Positions 36,811 to 44,052 of a DNA stretch of 61,425 nucleotides are shown here, piece after piece. The translations under genes and the position numbers were made by a program. The stretch comes from Clostridia bacterium (GTDB lineage: Bacteria; Bacillota; Clostridia; Christensenellales; CAG-138): the NCBI GenBank assembly GCA_017393775.1, contig JAFOQN010000036.1:1-61425 (forward strand), written 5' to 3'. Below the pieces are notes generated by a model that was not told where the DNA came from, did no database searches, and worked only from the letters and a program-made list of their open reading frames with translations. The number at the start of each line of letters is the position of its first letter. The stretch's first letter is position 1.

Positions 36811-37751
36811 GACACGCTCCGATCTGCACCGAGCAATGCGATCCCCACCGCATTGTCCGAAGATAATACCGGTCTGCCGAAATACAGCCTTCCGCGAAAC
36901 CGTTTTTTCAACAGTGTCCGCAGCAGTCCGGACGACGCCACGCCGCCGCAGATAAGAAACGGCAGATCGCCGTAATTCGCTTTGGCTTCCGAAAACATTT
37001 TGGCAAGCGTCCGCGCAAGGCAGTCGTAAACACCGTATGCAAGCTCTGCATTCGGCACGGTATGCAGAAGCCTTTGCGCGGCGGATTCCGCACCGGAAAA
37101 CGAACAATTCGTTCCCTTGACCGCGCTTGCAAGCTTGACCGTTTTTTCTTCCGCCTGCATAGCAAGCGTTTCCAGATGCTTTCCAGCCGGAAATGCCAGT
37201 CCGAGCGCTACGCCGACACGATCCACAAACTGTCCCGCATGCAGATCGGTTGAGCAGCCGATCGTTTCGATTCGATACGGTGCGTCGCGATGCGGCTCAA
37301 CAAGCAGCAGATCGGTCGTTCCTCCGCTGATATGAACCGCAAAAAAGCGTCCGAGTTCCAGAAGCGCTTCGTTTCCGTACAGAGCTGCCCGGATGTGTCC
37401 GCTCTGATGATCCGCGCAGATCAGCGGTACGTCTAGCGCCGCCGCAAGAGTTTCCGCCTGCTTGAGACCTGCTAAGAACACCGGCATATAGCTGTCCGGC
37501 TTTGCCGTCGGTGCAGCGCTGACACAAACACAACGGACGTTGTTTTTATCCACAGTCGAAAGCAATTCGCAAAGCAGCGGAGACAGCTGTTTGACATGCT
37601 GAAACAGACCTTCGGACTGCCGAAGCCCGCGATCTCCAAAAGCCACGGAAAGCATCGTCCCCTTTGAGAAGACGATGCTCTTTCCGTCCGTACATGCAAC
37701 CGAGGTGGTATAGCAGCTCGTATCGATCCCGATGCTCAGCATCTCGCGCAT
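36798..37751 (-). CDS. TsaD/Kae1-like ASKHA-fold protein (peptidase M22 family paralogue), function unknown
   Basis: LSIGIDTSCYTTSVA, VHISGGTTDLLLV and FLICGGVASSGLLR mirror TsaD segments (GIETSCDETS, SGGHT, AGGVAAN). I did not recognise the TsaD metal-binding HxxxH. Confidence 0.55.
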   Translation of the reverse strand: MREMLSIGIDTSCYTTSVACTDGKSIVFSKGTMLSVAFGDRGLRQSEGLFQHVKQLSPLLCELLSTVDKNNVRCVCVSAAPTAKPDSYMPVFLAGLKQAETLAAALDVPLICADHQSGHIRAALYGNEALLELGRFFAVHISGGTTDLLLVEPHRDAPYRIETIGCSTDLHAGQFVDRVGVALGLAFPAGKHLETLAMQAEEKTVKLASAVKGTNCSFSGAESAAQRLLHTVPNAELAYGVYDCLARTLAKMFSEAKANYGDLPFLICGGVASSGLLRTLLKKRFRGRLYFGRPVLSSDNAVGIALLGADRSVSWKQ

Positions 37752-37753
37752 GT

Positions 37754-38152
37754 TCAATGCACCTTTGCGATCGAACCGAGAATACCGTTGATGAAACCTG
37801 CGGATTTATCGCCGCCGAACTCTTTTCCGAGCTCGACCGCTTCATTTACGGTCGCGCCGACCGGGATCGCTTTTTCATACAGCAGCTCATAGACGGCGAT
37901 ACGAAGGATCGAAAGATCGACCTTTGCGATTCTTCCGATCGACCAGTCCTTTGCGTGCTGTTCGATTTCCGCGTCGATCTCATCGAGATGCGCATGAACC
38001 CCCTCATACAGGCGATCTGAGAACAGCGCATCCTCTTCGGAGAGCACACTGCGTTCGGATTGCTCCAACACATCCTCGATCGAATCCGCGCCGCCTACCG
38101 TCTCCGCATAGAGACGCTTCATGGCGATTTCCCTGGATAAAGTATGCTTCAT
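37754..38152 (-). CDS. nusB: transcription antitermination factor NusB
   Basis: 132 aa from the start at 38152 (MKHTLSREIAMKRLY), with RIAVYELLYE and FINGILGSI motifs. Confidence 0.9.
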   Translation of the reverse strand: MKHTLSREIAMKRLYAETVGGADSIEDVLEQSERSVLSEEDALFSDRLYEGVHAHLDEIDAEIEQHAKDWSIGRIAKVDLSILRIAVYELLYEKAIPVGATVNEAVELGKEFGGDKSAGFINGILGSIAKVH

Positions 38153-38361
38153 ACGCGTTTTCCCCTGAAGATGCTGCGGAAGAAATCCTTGACCGCGTCC
38201 AATCCGCCGCGATCGATCATGCGTCCGAAGAAGATCGCAACAGCAATCAGAACGCCTGCAAGCAGCGTCCACCATCCGATCAGATAAATCAGCAAAACGA
38301 TGATCAAGGCAAGGATGCTGAGAATCACCGCCCATTTATGCTCCTGAATAAACTCTTTCAT
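38149..38361 (-). CDS. DUF2273-type small integral membrane protein
   Basis: 70 aa from the start at 38361 (MKEFIQEHKW) with two TM segments. It is the third gene of the asp23-amaP module, and its stop overlaps the nusB start as ATGA. Confidence 0.7.
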   Translation of the reverse strand: MKEFIQEHKWAVILSILALIIVLLIYLIGWWTLLAGVLIAVAIFFGRMIDRGGLDAVKDFFRSIFRGKRV

Positions 38362-38386
38362 GATTGATCCTGTCTCCGTCCTGTTT

Positions 38387-38932
38387 TTAGGTTCTTCTCG
38401 GCGGAAGCTCCGCCTGGTCAACCGTGACGTCTATGCTGCCGACTTCCGTTCCGCAAATCGTTCGGATGGCAGTTCCGATCTCTTCCTGCAGCGAATGCGT
38501 CAGCTCCAGCAGAGATACCGTCGGCGAGGTTATCGCGCGGACCTCGATCCGAATGCTGCTGCCCGCCGCATAGACCTTTGTTTTATACTTGGTTACGTCG
38601 CTCCTGTTTTTTAGGGTTTGTTCGGCAATCTCTTTCAACGCGGTAAACGATACCGCCGTTTCACCGAGCGCATTCTTTTCCAGCAGGGCGCTTGTCCTGC
38701 GATTCAAACGATTCCAAATCATTCCATATAATACAATGACGCCGATCGACATGTAGATCAAAGCGGCAAGAACGAGGAACAGCACTGCCGGCATTCGGCG
38801 TACTTCAAACGCCATAACCTGCAGCCGTTCCGGCGTGACCGGCCAGCCGATCGCCAAAAGAAGCAGTCCCGTACCGAACATGATCGTCAGGAATGCCAAA
38901 ATCCCGGATAAGATACCGACCGTTCGGTTCAT
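38387..38932 (-). CDS. amaP: alkaline-shock response membrane anchor protein AmaP
   Basis: 181 aa with two N-terminal TM segments, directly downstream of the Asp23-family gene. Confidence 0.75.
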   Translation of the reverse strand: MNRTVGILSGILAFLTIMFGTGLLLLAIGWPVTPERLQVMAFEVRRMPAVLFLVLAALIYMSIGVIVLYGMIWNRLNRRTSALLEKNALGETAVSFTALKEIAEQTLKNRSDVTKYKTKVYAAGSSIRIEVRAITSPTVSLLELTHSLQEEIGTAIRTICGTEVGSIDVTVDQAELPPRRT

Positions 38933-38995
38933 GTCATTGTCCTCTTTCCCTTGCTTGTCCGTCTGACCTTGCCGAAGACTGTTTCGGCAGGTCGG

Positions 38996-39409
38996 TCACT
39001 TGACACGATTTTCGGGTTTCGGCTGTTCTACCGGCAATTCTTTCGCAAAAACGATTGAATTGACGGCGATGTTGACCTGAACGACCTTGAGTCCCGTCAT
39101 CGTCTCGATCGCATTCTTGACAGCGACCTGAACGTTGCGGCAGACCTCCTGAATCCGGAATCCGTAACGAACGATGATGCTCATATCGACAGCGCATTCT
39201 ACCGAGCCGACTTCCACCTTGATACCCTTTGTATAGTTCTTCTTTCCGAGCTTTTCGCCGATGCCTTCAAAAGCGGTGCCGCTCATTCCGTAAACGCCGT
39301 CCACCTCTGCGGCTGCGAGCGTTGCGATCGTGGCGACGACATCCTCAGCAAATACGATTTTGCCGCTGTTCTCTTCGGATTCGATGGTAATATCCTTATA
39401 CTCGCTCAT
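38996..39409 (-). CDS. asp23: Asp23/Gls24-family envelope stress protein
   Basis: The start at 39409 (MSEYKDITIESEEN) has a GGAGGAA RBS. It carries the IVFAEDVVATIATLAAAEVDGV signature. Confidence 0.85.
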   Translation of the reverse strand: MSEYKDITIESEENSGKIVFAEDVVATIATLAAAEVDGVYGMSGTAFEGIGEKLGKKNYTKGIKVEVGSVECAVDMSIIVRYGFRIQEVCRNVQVAVKNAIETMTGLKVVQVNIAVNSIVFAKELPVEQPKPENRVK

Positions 39410-39453
39410 TTTTTCAATTCCTCCCAAGCTTTTGCATTGCTATATACGGAAGT

Positions 39454-39488
39454 AGTATACCATCCTAATTCCAAAAAGTAAACCCATC
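39454..39488 (-). promoter_or_regulatory. candidate extended -10 promoter for the asp23 module
   Basis: Minus strand reads TGg-TATACT (-10 hexamer 39459-39454; the TGg triplet lies at 39462-39460) with a weak TTTACT -35 17 nt upstream. Confidence 0.35.
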
Positions 39489-39503
39489 AAAGCGATTTCT
39501 ATC

Positions 39504-40040
39504 TCAAAGGGTCGTGCTGATCTTGACATTCTCCGCGCTCTTTCCCGTTTCGCGCAGCACAATATCAAGAATCTGCGCAACCTGCTCGTCGTTCAGCGAA
39601 TCCGCACCGACGACCACGCTGATGTTTCCCTTATGGATTGAAACGATCACGTCTCTGAAACCTTTTGCCCGAACGAGATTTTCCACAGTCAATTCCGTTT
39701 CCATGGCGTTGACAAGCTCCAGCTTTTGCTTTTGTGCGTCTGCGAGCGTTTCCGTATCTGCGCCCTGCGCAACGATCGCATCCAGATATGCAAGCTCCTG
39801 GGTGCGCACCGAATCCCGTTCGTCGCGGTATGCCGCGAAGAAATCAGACTGTGTCTTGCCGGAAGCGGAAACCTGTGTGACCTCGGATCCATGCTGTGCT
39901 CCGCTTTGCGCGGTCTCCCCCTTTTCTTTGTTCACAAGAATGTTCGTCACGACCGCCGCGGCAAGCAGCAGACACAACCCGACCGCCGTCAGCACACGCT
40001 TGTTCAGCCATTTTCCGTAACGTCGAACCAGTTCTTTCAT
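39504..40040 (-). CDS. spoIIIAH: stage III sporulation protein AH
   Basis: It is the last gene of the AA-AH series, with one N-terminal TM segment and a C-terminal YscJ/FliF-like region. The start at 40040 has an AGGAGG RBS. Confidence 0.75.
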   Translation of the reverse strand: MKELVRRYGKWLNKRVLTAVGLCLLLAAAVVTNILVNKEKGETAQSGAQHGSEVTQVSASGKTQSDFFAAYRDERDSVRTQELAYLDAIVAQGADTETLADAQKQKLELVNAMETELTVENLVRAKGFRDVIVSIHKGNISVVVGADSLNDEQVAQILDIVLRETGKSAENVKISTTL

Positions 40041-40067
40041 TGTTAACCTCCTGAATATCATATTGGA

Positions 40068-40664
40068 TCATGGTCCTTCATAGGACATTTCAAACACTTC
40101 GATACGATCGATCGGGATCCCCGTCGCCGCGTGTACCGCCGCTTCCAGCTTTTGGCGGACCGAGAAATCCGAAGCGCCTTCCGCTACAACGATCACGCCG
40201 CGAATCAGCGGTTCCTTCTCATACAAAACGATAGGCTTGTGCCCATTTTCCGTTTCGACCGTCGCGGGCTCGGTGACCTCGCGCACCGAGCGCGAGGTCT
40301 CGGTTCCCCCCGTACCGTCCGCGTTCCTTACGTCCTCATCGGTCTGCCGTACGGTTGCGGTGACGATCTCCCCGTTCGTCTCATACGTTACGAGCACATC
40401 CACCCTGCCCGCGCCGCGGATCTTTGACAGCACGTTGATCAGCCTTTGTTCCAGCACGTCGCGTCCCTCGGTTTTTTCTAAGCCGGTTTCTTCCGGCAAA
40501 GCTGTTTTTTGTGACGTTCCGCCGCACCGGATCCCGCTGCCGATCACGTAGAAAAGGACGGCGGCAAGTCCGACAGCCGCATAGAGGACATAGGTCAGTG
40601 CAGGATTCTTTTTCACTTGGGACTTCCACCATGCAGCCGCCGTTCCGCCGTCCTTCTTTTGCAT
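40068..40664 (-). CDS. spoIIIAG: stage III sporulation protein AG
   Basis: 198 aa with one TM segment, then RGAGRVDVLVTYE...VIVVAEGA, typical of the AG ring-forming domain. Its position in the operon fits. Confidence 0.8.
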   Translation of the reverse strand: MQKKDGGTAAAWWKSQVKKNPALTYVLYAAVGLAAVLFYVIGSGIRCGGTSQKTALPEETGLEKTEGRDVLEQRLINVLSKIRGAGRVDVLVTYETNGEIVTATVRQTDEDVRNADGTGGTETSRSVREVTEPATVETENGHKPIVLYEKEPLIRGVIVVAEGASDFSVRQKLEAAVHAATGIPIDRIEVFEMSYEGP

Positions 40665-40677
40665 TATAGTCCTCCTT

Positions 40678-40845
40678 TCATTGCAATATGCCTGCGATCT
40701 GCTGTGCCAAAAGCGCGATAAACAACAATCCGATTGCCGCCCTTGCCGCCTTCCTCACGCCGGACTGCGGTAGCGCATGCTCGCAAAGCGTCAGCACCAA
40801 TCCGTACGCCGCAAGCATCAGCACCGCTTTGACGATCCGATCCAT
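40678..40845 (-). CDS. spoIIIAF: stage III sporulation protein AF, minimal 55-aa form (TM hairpin only)
   Basis: Positional equivalent of spoIIIAF. AVLMLAAYGLVLTLCEHALPQSGVRKAARAAIGLLFIALL parallels the B. subtilis AF N-terminus (...LLPSSSMQKYAKMVVSLLLI...). The ATG at 40845 lies 1 nt after the AE stop, and the alternative TTG start is at 40875. Confidence 0.6.
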   Translation of the reverse strand: MDRIVKAVLMLAAYGLVLTLCEHALPQSGVRKAARAAIGLLFIALLAQQIAGILQ

Positions 40846-40846
40846 C

Positions 40847-41959
40847 TCAATTCCCCATTCCGACCACCGGGACAAGCATCAGCAGGGACATTGCCAATGC
40901 GGCGAGTTCACACAGCATCAATATGTGAAGCGTATCACCCATGCCCCGCAGCAGCTCCGCATACGGTTTTCCCGACAGCGGCTCGGACAGCAGCGCAGAC
41001 GCGCGCAGGCTGCATCGCGTCAGAAAAATCGAAAGCAACGGTTTCAGCATGACAAGGATCAAAACCGCACAGCCCGTCAATCCCAATGCATTTCTGACAA
41101 AGCGCATACAATGATATGCGGTATCGACGGATTCCGAAAGAAGGGATCCGATTGCAGGTATGCTTCCCGCCGCAAGTTTTGTCGTCTTGATCAGCAAGCC
41201 ATCTGCGCTTGCCGCCGCGACCGAACGAACGGTCGTGACGAGCATGTAGACCGAGCATGCCGTTGTGAGCGTCCATTTTGCAGCTCGCTGCAGAAGTCGT
41301 CCGACGGATGACAGCCGTCCGATTCCGTTCGCGTCTAAGGTGAGCAGTACGCCGCCCGTGATCGCAAGCGGCGCCGCACATGTCTCGATCAGTCTCAGAA
41401 CGATTTCGTTCAGCAGCACATACGATGCCGGCAGCAGCAACGCCGTGTTTTCAAGGCCGGTCAAACTCAGGTATCCGACAATTGCCGGAAGCAGCAACTC
41501 TGCAGTATGCTCCAATACCGTAATCGCAGAGAATGCCGAACGAATCCCCGTCATGGAAACGACAAGCACGACCGCAGAAACGCTGACGCGAAATGCTCCG
41601 TCTGCCGTTTCACCGACAGTTGAAGATCCGGACACGCCCTGCAGCGCCGCGCCGAACGCGGCAAGCCCCACAAAAAGCGTCATGCCGGCAAGCAGAGAAC
41701 CGATGGACGGCTTCAGCACCGAAACGAGATCGCGGGCGGAAAGATTCGACGCAAAAGGCTTCTGCATGTTCGCAATAGAAGACAGAATTTTGGACGGAAG
41801 CCCAATGCTATCCATGCCGTTTTCCGAGAACCACGCGTCCCATTCCGACAAATCAACCGATCTCAGCAACGCATTGACCGCATCCTGCGTCTCGTCCTTT
41901 TCCGCAAACAGAAACAGCGGCAGGATCAATGCAATAACCATTATGACCGTCCGTTTCAT
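40847..41959 (-). CDS. spoIIIAE: stage III sporulation protein AE
   Basis: The start at 41959 (MKRTVIMVIALILPLF signal) overlaps the AD stop as ATGA. It is a polytopic membrane protein of ~370 aa. The longest ORF (to 42184) overlaps AD. Confidence 0.85.
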   Translation of the reverse strand: MKRTVIMVIALILPLFLFAEKDETQDAVNALLRSVDLSEWDAWFSENGMDSIGLPSKILSSIANMQKPFASNLSARDLVSVLKPSIGSLLAGMTLFVGLAAFGAALQGVSGSSTVGETADGAFRVSVSAVVLVVSMTGIRSAFSAITVLEHTAELLLPAIVGYLSLTGLENTALLLPASYVLLNEIVLRLIETCAAPLAITGGVLLTLDANGIGRLSSVGRLLQRAAKWTLTTACSVYMLVTTVRSVAAASADGLLIKTTKLAAGSIPAIGSLLSESVDTAYHCMRFVRNALGLTGCAVLILVMLKPLLSIFLTRCSLRASALLSEPLSGKPYAELLRGMGDTLHILMLCELAALAMSLLMLVPVVGMGN

Positions 41960-42348
41960 GAAGCCGCCTCCCGGATCAGCGCTGCTCCGGTTTCCAGAAG
42001 CGTAACAAGTGTCGGCAGCGTACAGGAAAGGATCAGGATCCTTCCGCCGGTCTCTAAAGCGCCGGCGATCGCCTGCTGTCCGGCGTCCCTTGAAATATTC
42101 ACGCCAAAATCTGTGAGATATGCAATGCCGATGATCTTCAGAACCGTTCCGAGCAGATCGGAGGACACGCCGTATTCCGTGCAAATCGAAGACAGCGCGC
42201 CTGAGATGCCGGTAAAGCGGATCAGACCTTCTGAGAGCAGCAGCAGTGTCGTCGCCCCTCCAATCAGAATTGCATATTCATGGCGTACCGATCGCATCTG
42301 GATCGCCGTGACGGAACCGATCAGCGCGATCAAAACAAGACGTTCCAT
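41956..42348 (-). CDS. spoIIIAD: stage III sporulation protein AD
   Basis: 130-aa protein with 4 TM segments in the expected position. Confidence 0.8.
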   Translation of the reverse strand: MERLVLIALIGSVTAIQMRSVRHEYAILIGGATTLLLLSEGLIRFTGISGALSSICTEYGVSSDLLGTVLKIIGIAYLTDFGVNISRDAGQQAIAGALETGGRILILSCTLPTLVTLLETGAALIREAAS

Positions 42349-42349
42349 A

Positions 42350-42547
42350 TCAGTACAGTGAGAACGTCTGCCGCACTGTTTCCAAAAGTGACGCGATCAT
42401 GGACAGCACCAGCATTGTGGCAAGCACCAGCCCGGCGATCGCGGCAACGGTCGCGAGCTCTTCTCTGCCGTTCTGACGGAGCAATTGCACAATAACGGCA
42501 ACGAGAATGCCGATGCCGGCGATCTTAAAAAGCAGATTGATATCCAT
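42350..42547 (-). CDS. spoIIIAC: stage III sporulation protein AC
   Basis: 65 aa from the start at 42547 (MDINLLFKIAGIGILVAVI) with an AGGAGA RBS and two TM segments. Confidence 0.8.
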   Translation of the reverse strand: MDINLLFKIAGIGILVAVIVQLLRQNGREELATVAAIAGLVLATMLVLSMIASLLETVRQTFSLY

Positions 42548-42554
42548 ATATCTC

Positions 42555-43037
42555 CTACAGCAGCAGAATGGCAAGTCCGGCGCCGGTCAGCACGCCGGAG
42601 ATTCTCAGCACGCGCGCCTGCTTCGCTTCCGTTTCGGCTTCAGCTACCGCCCGTTCAAGAATCGGCATCAGCGCTTCCGTGCGTTTGATGAGATTGCTGC
42701 GCGCCGATGAAGACAATCCGTTCAAAAAAGACTGCATCTCATTCTGCACATTTCCATATCCGTTGAGGATTTCCGCCGCACTTTCCGCTGCGTCCGCTTC
42801 CTTTCTTCCAGCGCTGAGCATTTCGAGATAGATGCGAAACATATCGGAAAGGGTTCCGTCTCCCTCTGCAGCGATCTCCGCAAGCGTACTGCTGCATGTT
42901 ATGATCCGCTCCGAAAACCGCACCAGATCGTTTCGCAGTGATCGCAGCGTCTTCAGCCGCGCCGTTTTTTTCATGCCGAGCCGCATCCCGATCATACAGC
43001 ACAGCCCGAACAGCATTGCGATCCCGACCGTTTTCAC
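42555..43037 (-). CDS. spoIIIAB: stage III sporulation protein AB
   Basis: The probable GTG start at 43037 overlaps the AA stop (GTGA), giving VKTVGIAMLFGL... The gene ends in TAG at 42555-42557. The longest ORF starts at 43088. Confidence 0.75.
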   Translation of the reverse strand: MKTVGIAMLFGLCCMIGMRLGMKKTARLKTLRSLRNDLVRFSERIITCSSTLAEIAAEGDGTLSDMFRIYLEMLSAGRKEADAAESAAEILNGYGNVQNEMQSFLNGLSSSARSNLIKRTEALMPILERAVAEAETEAKQARVLRISGVLTGAGLAILLL

Positions 43038-43957
43038 AACGTTTCTTGGGCGATGCTTTTCCCGTCGCCGCTGCATACGGCGGCGCATTGCCCGACGCCC
43101 CGCAGAATCACGATCCGCTCAAAGACACGTTCTCTCAGCAGCATGCGGATCGCCGGGCGGAGACGCAGCTCTTCAACCGATGCACCGTGCGCTGTGGCAA
43201 GAACCGTGACGCCCTTTCCCCTTGCGTCTAAAAGCGCTGCGGCGTCCCGCGCCTCGTTCAGCTCATCCATCGCCAAAAGATCGGGAGACAGCGTGGAAAC
43301 GATGCGGACCATGGCGTCCGCTTTGGAAATCCCGGAAATCACGTCGGTCCGCATACCGAGATCGAACGCGATCGATCCGGAAGCATCACCGGACAGCTCA
43401 AACCGTTCATCCGCAACACCGACACGCGAAGGACGTACACCGTATAACCCGTCTGAGTTGATACGTATAAGATCGCGCAAAAGCGTCGTTTTTCCGCATC
43501 CCGGCGGCGAGATTAGAATCGTGGAAAGAAATGTATTTCGGTCAACGAGATTCGGGAGCAGCGGCTTTGCGCAGTCTTTGATCTCCCGGACAATGCGAAC
43601 GCAAACGCCGGACACCGAGGAAAAACCGAGCACATTGTCGTCCGTCCGAACCATTCTGCCGGACAGACCGACCCGACAGCCGCCGACCGTGATAAAGCCG
43701 TCTCTGCGTTCATGCTCCCATGCGTACGCCGAATATGACGTCAGCCTTGCCGTGAACTGTCTGAGCTCCTCTGCGGTGATCATCGGCGTGCCGTTGTTGC
43801 CGTAAACGATTCTGTCCGCGCCGTCAAACACCAGCTCCAAAGGCGCGTCACGCCGCAGCCGGATTTCCAAAAGCGGCGCATCGTCGTCCAGCCGTTCCAG
43901 CACTTCCGTAACGTTCTTCGGCATCAAAGGCGTCCATTGCTTTTTCCAGTGTTCCAT
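43034..43957 (-). CDS. spoIIIAA: stage III sporulation protein AA (secretion-type ATPase)
   Basis: 307 aa with Walker A PPGCGKTTLLRDL and a GGGAGG RBS. It is the first gene of the operon. Confidence 0.9.
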   Translation of the reverse strand: MEHWKKQWTPLMPKNVTEVLERLDDDAPLLEIRLRRDAPLELVFDGADRIVYGNNGTPMITAEELRQFTARLTSYSAYAWEHERRDGFITVGGCRVGLSGRMVRTDDNVLGFSSVSGVCVRIVREIKDCAKPLLPNLVDRNTFLSTILISPPGCGKTTLLRDLIRINSDGLYGVRPSRVGVADERFELSGDASGSIAFDLGMRTDVISGISKADAMVRIVSTLSPDLLAMDELNEARDAAALLDARGKGVTVLATAHGASVEELRLRPAIRMLLRERVFERIVILRGVGQCAAVCSGDGKSIAQETL

Positions 43958-43977
43958 GCTCGTCCCTCCCGTTTTTA

Positions 43978-44006
43978 TCTGTATGCATGGGTGGACGCGA
44001 ATATGA
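43978..44006 (-). promoter_or_regulatory. sigma-E-type promoter of the spoIIIA operon
   Basis: Minus strand reads TCATATT (44006-44000), a 14-nt spacer, then CATACAGA (43985-43978). The B. subtilis sigma-E consensus is kmATATT-14-CATACAhT, giving 7/7 and 6/8 matches. It lies about 20 nt upstream of the RBS. Confidence 0.6.
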
Positions 44007-44008
44007 AA

Positions 44009-44040
44009 ACGCCGCCCGACGATCTCCGTCGAACGGCGTA
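44009..44040 (-). terminator. intrinsic terminator after the U32 peptidase gene
   Basis: The minus strand has a compound stem ACGCCG..CGACG-GAGAT-CGTCG..CGGCGT followed by TTTT. Confidence 0.5.
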
Positions 44041-44052
44041 TTTAATTTCGGT

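Noticed and set aside
37546-37554. Perfect DnaA box TTATCCACA (and an 8/9 match near 55672).
   Set aside because: These are single isolated boxes inside coding sequence, with no cluster, AT-rich unwinding element or dnaA/dnaN context. This is the expected chance occurrence.
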